64,000 nucleotides of DNA from the NCBI GenBank assembly GCA_010093815.1, contig ML996578.1; one strand, 5' to 3'. The stretch is from Pseudovirgaria hyperparasitica. Lineage: Eukaryota. The notes under the pieces were generated by a model. It was not told the origin of the DNA. It saw nothing but the letters and a program-made list of their open reading frames with translations, and searched no databases. Position 1 is the first letter of the stretch. Every line of letters starts with the position of its first letter. The position numbers were made by a program, and so were the translations under genes. Shown here piece after piece: positions 11,901-24,536 of this stretch.

Positions 11901-13777
11901 ATGAGCTTCCTCTATCAACCAGCAAGACTCTTGACAGTATCATCCAGAAGATGTCCCAAGTAGTTACGCAGCAGCAGATTGCTGTGCATATTCTTGAGTT
12001 TCTGACTGCTCTGTCAAGAATGCCAGAATTATATAAGAATTTCCGCGAGGATGATTTCAAGATGGTGTTTGGCGTCAGTTTCCGCTATTTGCAACACGTT
12101 CGATACCAACGCGAGAATCTGGCGTCTTCGAATACCCTAAGGAATAGCAATTCTGGGTATGGAACCTTGCGCCACAGTGGTCCTTTTCAAGAGTTCTCGA
12201 CCGTATCAGAGCAGGAAGCAAAGCCCAAAGAAATTCCTGCTGCTCATGACCTTCCTCAGTATGTACTTGCTCTGGCATATCAAGCTATCGCGTTCTGGTT
12301 TCTCTCCATGAGACTTCAAGACAGGCGAAATCACATGGCTTGGATCACGAAGAATCTCATACACATTGACAATCAAGGAAAGGAGGTGATGGAGGAGCAG
12401 GCGCAGGTTACCATTGACCTCATGCAACGTGTCGCATTCTCAGATCGAGATGAAACGATGCCGGATTCAGCATTCGCCGGACCGGAGGATGGTGAAGTAT
12501 CCAAAAAGACTTGGATTGTTGGCCACAGCTTGCTGACAGTCGAGACTGCGGCAAGGACCGGTGCATCTCAAGTCACAACCAGAAGGGCTTCTGGTACACG
12601 ATACCTCACAATGCGTCCAAATCTTACGAGACCACCTCGTCATCAAGTTCCCATTAATACAGGTCTGGCGGCAGAAGCTTTCTACACGTCATCATATGTT
12701 GGTATCTTGCCTGACGATATAATGCAAACCATTGTATCGCCCTTCAGTTACCCGACTCCGGATATGATTAGAGTCGAACTTATCTCGCTCCCCGATGACG
12801 ATGCAACCCGCAGAGCGATCACAACATTTGACCGCAATCCCACTGTTGACAGTCTCAAAGTCGGAGTCGTATATGTTGGCTACGGCCAGACCAACGAAAC
12901 TGAGATCCTTAATAACGTTATTGGCTCACCCGATTACACATCGTTCCTCGACGACCTTGGCACGCTGGTCCGTCTAAAGGGCACTACGATTAACACTGGA
13001 GGCCTCGACCGCGAGTTCGACACCCACGGTGAATTCACGTACATCTGGCGAGACCGTTGTACCGAAATCGTCTTCCACGTTGCTACCCTCATGCCTACGG
13101 ACCCGACCGATTACCAAACCATCACCGCAAAGAAGTCGCATATCGGCAACGATTATGTGACTGTGGTCTTCAACAACAGTGGCCTGCCTTATAAGTTCGA
13201 CACCATCGCATCTGCATTCAACTACGTTGTTATTGTCATCACACCCGAAGCACGTGCATCTTTCGTTGACAGTCGACTTGAATCTGACCCTGACGCCTCG
13301 CGCCGCTTTTACAAGATCCAGGTTCTTTCGCGCCCAGATTTTCCTGAAACCTCACCTGCCTCTGTGACCAAGGTTGTGTCCGGCCGGCACCTGGCGTCCT
13401 GCGTGCGGCTCATCGCGCTCAACGCCTCGTACTTCTCCCTTGTCTGGGCTGTGCGCGAGGGCGGCGAGTCCATCTCACCATGGCGCAACCGTTTGCGCGA
13501 GATCAAGAAACTGCGAGAGAGACACCGCAATCGGACTGAAGAGCGTAACAGTAGGACTCTGACGCCGCCGCCAGGCCTGGGAACTGGGAGCTCTAGTGCA
13601 TTCGCCGGGCACGGCATGGGCGGTACGATGAGAGACAGCGCCATGAGTTATAAGCGCGGCAGCGCAAGTGTGAACACAAACACGAATACGGAGAGGCTGG
13701 AGGGCAGGAGTAGCTTCTTGAGTTCTCTGGGTGGGAGTGTGGATATGGAGAGGCAAGGAAGTGATAGCACCAGGTGA
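8933..13777 (+). CDS. TSC2: Tuberin (TSC2), Rheb GAP
   Basis: Single 1614-aa ORF. Tuberin-region motif DWEIYSYVLVH; C-terminal Rap/Ran-GAP domain KVGVVYVG..GSPDYTSFL..EIVFHVATLMP..KKSHIGND. Confidence 0.93.
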   Translation: MSSGPNDVPSEPNRRSPSSALFSAFRTLTGRRPGNTPSPSPITSSLITPTALTQSETVTSSLEAKAEPSRNGEIGTFDNGIDSIAQQHGKVLVRNSVQANEIIGGPPELPPLLEELGSGRPLPERLAAVDKVCGILAKYPVSNVLLVWTTASDLLDLGGNPEAIRAGYTLLQSCVKVSELSPLERSIFFKAIARNRTKSDFDLRIQSLVDLTHGGRNVESFEGSVAQFLGTSLTDCFARDKDTRRENRKRKDGPLTNADNRPDDELDRMFQFVIDVVRFNSKIFREQDIALLLHQIVKICRKTARSQDVEKSVTLFDMLVTYTQIPAESLRPCLELFCDVYRQLKDVQDLTWRALSNLLKSHAGPSAVTALLQILRDIRIAQGAQKNVSRGAIRVVQRLLIADGSDGLPKLYLSDVFPALKASLIVEHRRLESDILELVSFILTDQFLTSQLLKEDDWSDLVEVLILCSRGLSSPYPSEPLSTSERTPSEPDMLGESLMRTFVHLQRLHLRADFVQREYIFKLFMRSAHLLDHTSMEFLVRQHAEERLLHPSNAQWENASRDLLERVFTDMTRQRRLRIQVLELLIDSYETIEGVYADGTVLEYAKLILDNISSERDLVVLEVLANFAVSVAENSDIGLFRYILEQFRKVLDDHSAPLTNVSSSTSWSSGTTMQAPDTTHMGSLSNTVTKALVRIFIRTLNTSGEKTQDLYDLLLYIAGSTACQTDARVSALKLLFRLRSDARHAILISPSSEGQDIAFVLCRTAETAVVREDDSSNNRAVEESPMGLYRAAGSPSPHSSLTRQTSRPNNVASRVAKPIAPLWMYPGPRGLPDEPRSSASHLVFAYIDPESKVARDARRTLKLALWLELLISIIQRDDDWEIYSYVLVHFGPQLTNRALFKGCVPQIKMVRNVLCEQLRATSFQEPPGYTSLKKADVAVCLFYTLTVLISYHQFFEKSEEDELVRTFLFGIGSWDRTSKWCIHAITICCHELPLSTSKTLDSIIQKMSQVVTQQQIAVHILEFLTALSRMPELYKNFREDDFKMVFGVSFRYLQHVRYQRENLASSNTLRNSNSGYGTLRHSGPFQEFSTVSEQEAKPKEIPAAHDLPQYVLALAYQAIAFWFLSMRLQDRRNHMAWITKNLIHIDNQGKEVMEEQAQVTIDLMQRVAFSDRDETMPDSAFAGPEDGEVSKKTWIVGHSLLTVETAARTGASQVTTRRASGTRYLTMRPNLTRPPRHQVPINTGLAAEAFYTSSYVGILPDDIMQTIVSPFSYPTPDMIRVELISLPDDDATRRAITTFDRNPTVDSLKVGVVYVGYGQTNETEILNNVIGSPDYTSFLDDLGTLVRLKGTTINTGGLDREFDTHGEFTYIWRDRCTEIVFHVATLMPTDPTDYQTITAKKSHIGNDYVTVVFNNSGLPYKFDTIASAFNYVVIVITPEARASFVDSRLESDPDASRRFYKIQVLSRPDFPETSPASVTKVVSGRHLASCVRLIALNASYFSLVWAVREGGESISPWRNRLREIKKLRERHRNRTEERNSRTLTPPPGLGTGSSSAFAGHGMGGTMRDSAMSYKRGSASVNTNTNTERLEGRSSFLSSLGGSVDMERQGSDSTR

Positions 13778-14336
13778 GGATGCTGTTACGGGTGGTGGAG
13801 AGACTCCATTATGTGAGGTGTTGGCGTTTTGGGACTACCGAAAATGCATGGAAATCTGGGTGTTTGGGTGGATGGTATCGCATAAAAGCTTTGTCGTATA
13901 CAGGTGGGTATATATGAGATGGAGTACCTGGACTTGCGGGAATGTGCATGTTCGGAGCGCTGGCTACTCGTATATCCGCAACTAGTAATAACAGATTCAT
14001 CGAGTTTCTACACATGATAACTAACCTAAGCAGCGGGTTCGTGTGAAAAGGTTTTCCTTTCTTTACTGCTTCCAGGGGTCTGAGGATGGACTCGAGGTTA
14101 TGGGAGGGTGCTACCTTTCAAGACTACATCGCAAGAGATATATATATACCCTGACCGGCAGTATTCAAGGACCAAGACAGGTACAACGTAACGAACTGAT
14201 CGATATCTAACTAAGCGCCTGTTCGCTAACCACGGCATACAATGCCCACGTTCTACCAATCCACATGTCTATTTAGAAGTTGTGGGGTTGGGGAGTTGGC
14301 GGGGGTATATCTCTAACCACAACGGACTTCCCTCCT

Positions 14337-14368
<32 letters not shown>

Positions 14369-14371
<3 letters not shown>

Positions 14372-15418
14372 ATCCATATCATCCAAACTCGCCTCCACCC
14401 GCCCCCGAGCACCCTCACTCTCCCCAACCAAAATGCCCACCACACACTCACTCAGCATATTATCCCAATTCACCCACGGATGCACATCCATAAACAGCCT
14501 CGTCCCATCTTTCCCCGCCGCCCGCATCAGCTCGCCTTTACCGCCCGGGTGAAACGGCAGATAGGGCGTGATGTTGTACACTTTGCCTTGCCACACCGAC
14601 CACGCCGGCCTGTCCTTGCGGCCGTTGTTGTGCTTGAGCTGCGCGGGCGTGACGAGCGTGAGCGTGCTTACGCCGGAGAGATTCTTGCCTGATTTGACGA
14701 GGTTGGCCCAGTCGAGGGGCGAGTGGCCGGGTTCGAGGAGGACTTTTTGGCGGGCGTTGGGGGTGGGCGGTGGGGGTTTGACGGGGAGGTTTAGGTTGCT
14801 GCTTGCTTGCGCCGGGCTGCGGTTGGGGAGGGGGCCGCGGTTGGGGAGGGGGCCGGTTGTGGGTATGCGGAGGGAGGTTGTTTTGTTTGTGTGTGTTTGT
14901 GGCTTTGGAAAGGGGCGTGGAGGGGGTGGCATGGATTGGGTTGAGTGGGTGAGCGTGGGCTGTCGTGGGCTTGCTTTTGTTGATGGGAGGGCGAATGAGG
15001 GGGGTGTTGCGGAGGCGCGCTGGGCGGAGTTGAGGGCTGGGAAGGAGGGTGGTGGGAGGTTGTCTTCTTCTTCTTCGTCGTCGTCGTCGTCTGAGGTATC
15101 TCCTGAGTCGAGGGAGAAGGAGGGGATTGATATGGATGTATCGGATCGGGCGTTCGCTTTCGGGGTCGTTTCCGGAGAGGGTGTTTCTTGGCCTTGGAGT
15201 GTGGTTTCGGGTTTTGTAATGCGTGGAACGTCTGCTATGTCTTCTCCTTGTTTACTCGATTCACGTCCCGGGCTGGTAGTTTGGCCATTCTCTCTATGTC
15301 TGGGCTCGGAAATGGTTTGCGACTCATCTTTCCTACTCGGTTGCGCCCACAAGGGGAGGTAGTGCCGTAGGGCGTAAAGCGACGCTGCCATGAGTAGTAA
15401 TAGTAGAGCCACAATCAT
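14369..15418 (-). CDS. Cytochrome b5-like heme/steroid-binding domain protein (Irc21-like)
   Basis: N-terminal hydrophobic segment, Pro-rich linker, then LEPGHSPLDW, GKVYNITPYLPFHPGG and DGTRLFMDVHPWVN (both heme His ligands). Confidence 0.85.
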
Positions 15419-15747
15419 CGCGGTATAAGTCTCGTAGCAGTAATGCAGAGCATCGCGACTATGTTGTCGACCGGGGGAATGAAGATGATGATAAAGTCTC
15501 AGGCGCCGCCGCTCGCAGGGTCCACTCTAGATCCTACACAGGGCTGAGAAATCCCCACGGGTCTAGACGTCATCCCGGCGCGCGTGCAAGACGCCTCAGG
15601 TACCCTCGCCTGGCCTGGGCGTCTAGGCCGTTTCTGAAGCTTCCATGAACCAACACCAATAATCTCTCCACTCCAACAACTCTGTACATCCTTCATCAGT
15701 CCCACTCGCCGCATCTGAAGGCTGTATTCCGAGCACGCATCGCCAAC

Positions 15748-16278
15748 ATGTTCCGACCACTACTCCGACTAGCCTCCATACAATGTGCGAGACCTTCAAC
15801 AATCACACGGCTTGCACACGGGCGTAATGTCCCCCAGCCAACTGCCCTACCAGTACAGCATCACCAGCAAACACAAAGACTGTTCAGTATCAGCACACCC
15901 AGACAGGCTGTCACGGGGAAGAGCGAGGTAGACGAGAAGATGGACGAGCTACAAGAGCTGTATGCGTACGCCCGAGATGAGGTATTTTATATTCCTCCCC
16001 AATTCCATTCCCGTCTCAATCACGGTCAAATGCTAAATGGGTGGACTGTATAGTTTGAGATTGCTGCCGAGGAAACCGAGAAAGTGTCGGTGTACGCCCA
16101 GGACGACCGGGAAGCGGCACGCGAAGCCCTCACATCACTGCAAGAAAAGTACAAGGCGGCGACGGAAGGCTCAGATGCTAGTCTTGCGGAAGAAGTAAAG
16201 AGGCGGGTTGGCCCGCGTATAAGAGAGCTGGAGAATGCGGTCACAGCTATGGAAGAAATGGCACAGAATCAAGATTGA
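15748..16278 (+). CDS. Small conserved fungal protein with a probable mitochondrial presequence, 2 exons
   Basis: Arg/Ser-rich N-terminus MFRPLLRL..RLFS. Intron 15982..16053 (gt..gctaaa..tag) joins ELYAYARDE to FEIAAEETE..RRVGPRIRELENAV. Confidence 0.75.
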
Positions 16279-16402
16279 GTGGGTGGATGTAGACTGTATG
16301 AGTAAGGTGGTGGCCATGCTGTGCACTATTGGAGGTACTTCAAGAAGGGGTATCTCATAACGATATATACAATGAATACCAAATGATGGACGCGTAAAGC
16401 TC

Positions 16403-19400
16403 CTAATTCAAGACCTTATTCCTCCGCATACGATAAAAACGCTCGAGGCAGTTCCGGCGCTGCTCTTGCGTCCAGCCTTCGACCCCGATAGCAAACTCGA
16501 CTGCATCTTTGAATCCAAAGGTTTGAGCCATGGTGCAGAATTGCCTGATGCGCACATCCTCAGGAGGCTGGTATTTCCATCTGATGTTCAAGTGTTCTTT
16601 CTCATCGTCCTCAGTTGCGAAACTTCGCTCCCCTATAACTTCAAGTTCGTCATCAATATCGTCATGGTCGTCTTCCTGCTGGGTCGCCGAGGCTGCAAAT
16701 GCGCGTTTCCGAGTCATGTCGGTATCGTTCTGCATTTCCAAAGCATTGCGACTCAACTTGGATTCGACCTTGGAAGACCCGATGACCTCGGCGTTCTCGT
16801 GGGTGTATTCCACGCCGGCTCCTGCCAGGATTGCTGAGATAGGATCGGCTTTTCGCTGCTGCTTCTTGTCCTCGAACTTCTCCCCCTGCGAACCAATCTT
16901 GTCTTTCTGGATCAACTCTGCCAACTGGCTCATCGCTGCCCCTTCTTTCCCGTCCGCGCCGTAGATGAAGTCATCATCTTCAGCATCATTTTGAAGATCC
17001 ATTGCCACCGCCTGGACCCCAGCTTCCTTGGCCTCGGCCACGTTCGTTTTGTTCACGATATCACGAAGGACGACGGCTCCATCCCTGAAGGTGAACATGT
17101 TGTGCAACCCAAATATCTCTCCCTTGTGGTCTTTCTTGTCCTGGATACCTTTGAAGTATCGTCTCTCGTTACTGGCATTGTAGCCGATGTTGGCTTGCTG
17201 TTGCTTGTAGATTTGGCGTGCATACACAATTTCTTCTATAGTGCCAGCACTTATGAGGCGGAAGACTTCAACGTCTCGAACCTGACCTATTCGATAGGCT
17301 CTGTCTTGCGCTTGAAGATCGTACCTAAACAAAGTCAAATGATATCGCACTTGGCATTCGAATAGCTTACGCTGGGTTCCAATTCGGATCAAAGACGACC
17401 ACTTTGTTTGCGGATGTGATGTTGAGACCGACACCGCCTGCCTTTGTGCTGATGAGGAAGACAAATTGGTTCTTGTCGGCGTTAAAGTCATTGACCTCCC
17501 TGGAATTCGTCAATTCCCGTGGCTGCGAGCATTCGTCCATTGCACTTACTTTGCCCGGTCGTCGAGCGACATAGCACCGTCGAGATAGCTGACATTATAC
17601 GTAGTCGTAGTCGTGAAGAGTAGGTGGAGCATACGAAGTAGACGAACACTGTGGCTGAACACGAGCACCTTGTCTCCGGATGCATGCCAGTACTGCAGGA
17701 GTGCTTTCAAGACTCTCCATTTACCACAAAATGTTGGCGATGCATAATTCATGATTGAGTCTCGCTGACGGTACAGTTCTTTCCAATCTTTGGGCAGAGC
17801 GTCTTTGAGATGCTCCAAGTCTTTTGCTTGTTTCTCGGCAGGATCTGCGCTCGTGGGTAGAAGTAAAGCCAGATGGTTCGATAGTTTCTGGAGCATCATC
17901 ATGCAAGGGAACACGGCATTCTGCCATGGACCGAATTCAGGAACATACGAGTAGCAACACCATCCACGCTTCTTCTCTGACTTGCAGTCGCACTTGTCAG
18001 CGGAAGTGCGTATGTACTCGACCAAGTCGCTATTGACAAGGTTGGAGTAAGCTTCCGCCTGTTTCTTCGTCAGAGGGCAGAACACCACGCGATCACTCTT
18101 CTTCGGGAGCTGGTCTGCGATGAGAGTCTTCATTCGGCGGAGGAAGAATCGTGGGAGGAGAGAATGAACGAGTGAGTTCGCCGTCTTACGCGCCTTGGCA
18201 AGCTGTGGCATAGTTGCATCATGAGACTGCCCCATCTTCAACGGATCTGCAATACAAGTTTTCCAGGTCGCTAATGAACCAAAATGGCCTGGATTGCTCC
18301 AATTCAGGAGTGTAAAGAGCTCTTCGTACTTGTTCTGAATCGCCGTTCCAGTGAGACCAATCCGACATAGGGCATTGACTTCGTTCATAGACTTGGCAAT
18401 TTCTGAGCTACGACTCTTCAGCTGATGACATTCGTCTGCTATAACACAGTCCCAGTTGATCGTGTTGATGGCACTCTGATTTTTCCTGTAAGTAGCGTAG
18501 GTGGTTATCATGATCTCAACTCGACCATGTTTTGCAGCCTGCAACGCAGCCTCTCTAACATCTGTCGCGCCATGGTACACGTAAACCTAGGTGTGGATAT
18601 CAGTATTCAGGGAGCACTTTAATGGTGTCCCAAGAAGTGAAAATGACTTACTTGCCAATAGCCCCATCGATCAAGTTCATCCTGCCAGTTTGCCATCAGA
18701 CCGCCTGGGCATATGAGAATGATTTTAGGGTACTCTTTGGCCTGTTGGCCGCCCTCACGTTGCACCTTCCGCATTCTCTTCTTGTCCCGTTCATCGCCAG
18801 TCTTTCCGAAGGCTGCAGTGAGGAATGAGATCACTTGGATAGTCTTTCCGAGACCCATATCATCGCCTAAGATGCCTCCCCGTTGATACACGAAGAGTTC
18901 GTGCAGGAATTCGGCGCCCTTGACTTGATAGTCGCGCAGCCATTGCGCGATAGGTGCAGGTATGACACCTGCGGAAGCTGGCAGGGTGATATCCTCGTAC
19001 TGTCTCACGGGCTTGATATGATCGAACCTGGGCTTCTCTTGTAGAGACTCCAGTCGTTCATCGTCGGAGAACTCGATGTCATCGTAGACTGGCGGCAGCT
19101 TCAAGCCAGCCTCTCCTAACCTGGCACGAGTTTGCTCAAACTTTGTCTTTCTTTGCTTGATGTAATCTGGCAGCGTCTCGTCCAGGAGTTCGTCCTCGTC
19201 AGTTTCATCTAAATTTGCTAGGACCCTCTCCCTTTTGACTCTCTTTGGCTTCCTCCCAACGATGCTCTTTGACGATGCCTTTGTGCTGCCAGCACTGATT
19301 ACGGCGCGGGCGCGACGTGTCTGTTCAGCAGCGCGTTTCCGTTTCAACGCCTTCTGGTTCTTGAGCGCATCGTACGTCACCGCGCCGTCCTCGTCCTCGG

Positions 19401-19663
19401 ACCAGTCGACTTTGTCTCCTTCTTCATCGATGTCCGAAATCTCCGCAGCATTGTTTACAACATCTAGACACCAACTGTGAGGACCTTTCGGTGATGGACC
19501 AAGAACGTCTACTACCTTCAATATATTGCGAGATATCAGTCGTCTCAGGCAGGCCTACTTCTTTCCTGACGACATCTGTGATTCCTATTTCACTACCGCT
19601 ACCACTATCGGTATCCTCGCCGAAGACCCGACGCGCTACATTCTCATTGAATATGTGCGACAT
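16403..19663 (-). CDS. SNF2-family ATPase, ERCC6L2/Rad26-like DNA excision repair protein, multi-exon
   Basis: [21 protein letters not shown] (Walker A), [48 protein letters not shown]. Canonical introns; first exon uncertain. Confidence 0.88.
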
Positions 19664-20601
19664 TTGACTGTTGACCACATCGATGATGGCCGGAGCGGCT
19701 ATGAGACTACTTCCATTACCTGGTCACAGAAGTGACGCGACGAGGTTGAGTTGAGTACAGCAGTCGCGATGGTAAAGCAGTAATTGCGGGGCAGACACGC
19801 GTACTCACGTGACTGTAATTACTTCGGACTTAACTCCTTCCGGCCTAGTTTTCTCTTGGAGTGAACCTAGCCGACTAGCTAAACACTTGATAACCTCTTT
19901 GGAATTTCCTTGGGTACGCGACCCTAAAGAATCGTATTACTTGATGGATGTATTACCGTAGTATTGACCGACTGGCCTACATTTACATGTCGTGATTCTC
20001 CACACGGTCACTAAATATCTTTCTTATTATTTAATTAATATCTAACTACCTTTTGTCTACTATCTACTATCTTGTATGCACGATCTTATATCCACCACCT
20101 CGTAGCCCTCCATTACCTCGCCCTTCGCCCATTTTTCAGTCTTAAATCATGGATGAGCCTATTGAGCAATCCGTCATACAAATCAGTCCAAGTACTTGGC
20201 TGATAGGCAGTCTTGTGCTTTCAACCTCAAATATCGAGCCGTGTGACCCGTGATTTCACATTTAATACTATCCTTTGTCTTCACAAAGGGCCAGGAGATG
20301 GTAACATGGCTCGGTACTGCTCTTTCATATATGGGAGGGGTATCCCCTGTGATGTTACACAAGAATGTTCCCTCCGCCAATGTGCGGACTGAGCACTGCT
20401 GAAGTCCAGCCTGAGGTAAGTTCACAAATCTCTACATTCACTTGGATTCTTGGCGTGTAGTCGCCGTCCCTCGCGTTGGAGGCGAACCTTAGACATCTGA
20501 CATGCAATTTGAAACAATGTCAGCGATGACGACATTCCAATCTCCCGTGTTACAAACAACGTTTTTTTTCTCTTTCTTTATCGCGTCTAGTCTTCAGCCT
20601 C

Positions 20602-22395
20602 ATGTCATCATCCCTTTTCAAACCTGCAACTTACTGGGGCTTTGGGCGACGAACACACGTCAAATCTCCACGACTTACGGGAAGAAGCAAGAGATTTCAC
20701 GCGCATATTCGAGATTCAAGCACTCTGCCACTCCCACCGAATGCAGCGATGGCATGCTGGACGGTCTCGACTTCCACGGGCAAGCAGGACTGGAGTTCAC
20801 TCCAGGCTCTCAGCTCGAACTGCGCCCATCATCTCAAGAAATGCGCCGAGCACGGAGGTGACCTGAATGTACACACGGTCATTGTGCATGGGTCATGGGA
20901 CAGACCGACCGTCCGTCCGCAGGACTCTGACGGATCTTGGATCCTGGTCAACAAAAGCGACGACCATACCGTGCGGCCAGAAACACTGGCGCAAGCCATG
21001 GAGCAAGACGTACCAGAAGCCATCAGCGAGCTAAAGGCATTACTGGAGAAGCTCCCAGGACTCCAGAACCTCATGTAGGTTGACCATCCCCATCACCCCC
21101 CCTACGAACCGCCAACCTTCTGACACGAAGACAGCTGGGCAACCGAGCTTCCCTTCTCCCCCAACCTATGGCCCGCCATCCCAACCACCATCCAAGACCT
21201 CAACATCGACCTCAAACTCCCCGCCAGCGAAGACGGCACACCCCGCTTCTTCAACCCGCACGACCTCAAGCCCCTCCGCAACTACCGCAACCTCCACCGT
21301 CTCGCGATCCGCGGCATGAGCGAGTCCTACCAGGGCATCATATGGGAGACCGTCTGGCTGAACCCTAACATGCACCGTCTGGAACTGCGTATGGCATCCC
21401 CACCCATCATACGCGACGGCACAGCCTGGCCCGAGATCAAAGACGACTGGACCGTGAAGCCCGCCACCACCACCACTACTACAGCAGAAGACATCCCCCC
21501 CTATCACGGCCACGAGGGCCGCGGCATCCTACACCACCACTTCGGCCACGGCGAGTACCTCGACGACATGGTCATCCGCAAGACGCGTATCGCAGCCGGC
21601 AGAGCAGGCGACGGCTCCGCGCTGCCCCTCCGCGAACTCTACCTCGAGGGCTTCGTCGTCGACAAGACGCCGTTTCGCGTCAACTTTGATGGTTTGAGGA
21701 AGCTTGAGTTCGGACCTAGGTGCTTTGACGCGGGACTGCAATTGCCGGACGGCCTTGTCTCGCTGGTCGACATCCGCGTGTTGTCCGGTGTGGACGGGGA
21801 TATTGGACAGGTCCTGAGTACGCAGCGGGGACATGCCCAGGCTTTCGAGAATGCAACAAGGGCAGTCTCCGAGGATGCTAGCTTTGTGAACAACAACATC
21901 AACAACCTACCCACCACCCTTCACCCCACTCCGACGACCCTAAAGTACAGCCGCGCACACACAGACCGACAATCCATCAGCACACACCCTGGCCCACCAC
22001 CACCTCCTCCTCCTCCTTCTACCTCTCCAACGACCCCAGCACTGCCAATAACACCAGACGAGTCCAGCAAGCTCAAGCCCACCACCACCCTCCTCCTCGC
22101 GGAATACCAGGCCCGCATGCGGCTGCATCATACGACCAGCTGGCCGCTTGCGAGCGCGGGTGTGGAGAACAAGACGATGACGACGACGAAGTTGGAGGTC
22201 GGGGCTGAGAAAGGGGTTTGTGACGCGCTTGCAGAGCTTGAGTTGCCGCCTGCTGAGGAGGAAGATGATGGAGGGGAGGGGGAAGGAGAGGGAGAAGGGG
22301 GAGGGGAAGGAGAAGGAGGAGGGGAAGGAGAAGGAGAAGGGGAAGGAGAAGGAGAAGGGGAAGGAGAAGGCCACGAGTCGAAAGTATTCCTCTAA
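20602..22395 (+). CDS. Hypothetical protein, 2 exons, with a C-terminal (GE)n low-complexity tail
   Basis: ORF 20602..21078 splices via gtaggt(21075)..ctgac..acag(21135) in frame into LIWATELPFS..GMSESYQGIIWETVWLNP (ORF 21316..22395). Confidence 0.6.
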
Positions 22396-23951
22396 CGTCC
22401 CCCTCTCTCAAAGAGAGATATAATGACCAGGTCACGCAGGCAGGTAGGTAGGTGTACAGAACCCAGCACACGGATCATGCCTTGTTGTATGTATGTATGA
22501 GTTTCAGGCATTACAACGATTGCATGGGTAATTTGAAGCAGAGCAGAGCAGAGCAGAGCAAGCAGACCTCATAAACGAGCAAGCAAACGAGCAAGCGAAC
22601 GAGCATACGGCGTTCCGGTGGTGGCGGTAGTAGTTTATAGCAGCGAAGCAAACTAGAAATGGTAGATTCATACAATAGACATTCCAATTCCAATTCCAAT
22701 TCCAACCCCAAGTCCCACCATACCATACACCCCATGCTTTATCCCGCAAGTTTTGACTTTTTCATGCCAAATAGGCGGGGCAAACAACAACACACCAAGG
22801 TAATGATCTTTGGAATTGACGGGGAAAAAGAATGGTAAAACAGACAGATACCGATTATATCAATTGGATGTATGTAGATACACACACTCTGTCTTTTTTC
22901 TCCTGGCACGCAGCGTGATAAAACGATAACGACAAACGATACAGAGAGCCGGCGAGACGCGGTAGATGGGAATGGATGAGTGGCGTATCGGCATGTTCTC
23001 ATATTCCCATATTCACATGCCTTGGACTTGGGCTTGTGTTTACTTGTATGTATATTTATATGTCGCTCTACCAGACTCCAACCCCAGACCAGGCCTAACC
23101 CGCAAACCCGCAAACCCGCAAGACAAAAAGACAAAAAAGACAAAAAGACAAATAACAAAAGACATGAAACCACAACAACACGACCCCTACCTACCAATTA
23201 CCCAATACGTGGAACGCCATGTATATATGTATACATAACATCGATAGTCCCGTGTGCATGAACGGGACGAACGATGACGAACAGAACGAACAGAACAGAA
23301 CGAACGATAAAAACAACGATAAAAACGACGATATAACACCCACTAATTACCACCACACTACATACTGTAATTACATAACCTAGGAAGATTTGCTTCCTCC
23401 CCGCGTAGCCGTGCATGTATGTAATAATGCATGTATGCATGCCATGCCATGCTTGCTTGCTGCATCCATGACTGATTGAATGACCTGCATGATCGAGTGG
23501 GAGATGGATGGGTAGATAATACCTATTAGTAGACCTATGCAGGCACCACCAAAACCCCCCTGCATTAAAGCTGCACATATGATGGAGGTTTGACAAATTG
23601 ACAATGTCGGAACATGGCGGGCGGACACAACACGCGCCTTGATGACACTCTGCACACGACTTAGACAACAACCTACAACAACCCACAACAAAACAACACA
23701 ACACAGACAACACAAGCCCACAAGCATTGGCGGGAGCTCTGCAAGATTCCCATTAAATAGTTTCTGTTATTCGACTACTACTACCTGTCCTGTCCTGGTT
23801 CCTCAAGAAAGCAGCCCCCGTTCATCGAGTGCAGTCCCGGATCCGAAAAATGATGCCTTACATTGAGCACTTTCCCATCTCCAGTGAATAAACCAACACT
23901 ACATGATGACAGCGCCTTTTTTTTTTGGTAAAACCTTGAGACAGGGTGATT

Positions 23952-23983
<32 letters not shown>

Positions 23984-24536
23984 CCAGCCTTTTTCCTCCG
24001 TGCAGCTGAATCCGCCGATGAGAGAGGGACCCGCCGTGAATATACATCGACTTGAACAAAAAGGGGTGTCTCTGGCCTCGACCCGTGAGAGTCGAGAGCT
24101 ACGAGAGCGTGTGTGCGTTGAAAGGGAGAAAAGTTCTCCATCGCGGAAGGTTGTACAATTTCGGGGGTAACGCGCACTAACCCAATCCGGCAACGACTCC
24201 TTTTGAAGGGCTCGCTGGAAAAGGGAGAGGCTGCGAGAATGTGATGCGGATCGGGTACCTTTTTGTGAAACCAGGGGGGGTGAAAAACGCTCACAAACAA
24301 TGCTGGGACAATGGGCAAAATGGGCAACGCTATGACGCTCGAACAAGGAGTCTTGACAAAGGGAATTTTGGGGAGTTTTTTTTTCGGAAGTTTTTCTGAA
24401 AAGGTTGTGTGGATGACGGACGCGTGGGTAACAACGACAGCAGCAATAACAGCAACAGCAGCGGTAACAACAACAACAAGGTTCGACGCTGTGGTCAAAG
24501 CCGTATATTTTGACCAATGCCAGAAAACATAAAAGG

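Noticed and set aside
20149..20420. Short coding-like fragment MDEPIEQSVIQISPSTWLIGSLVL, possibly a gene relic
   Set aside because: It stops after 34 codons and no convincing continuation could be built by eye.
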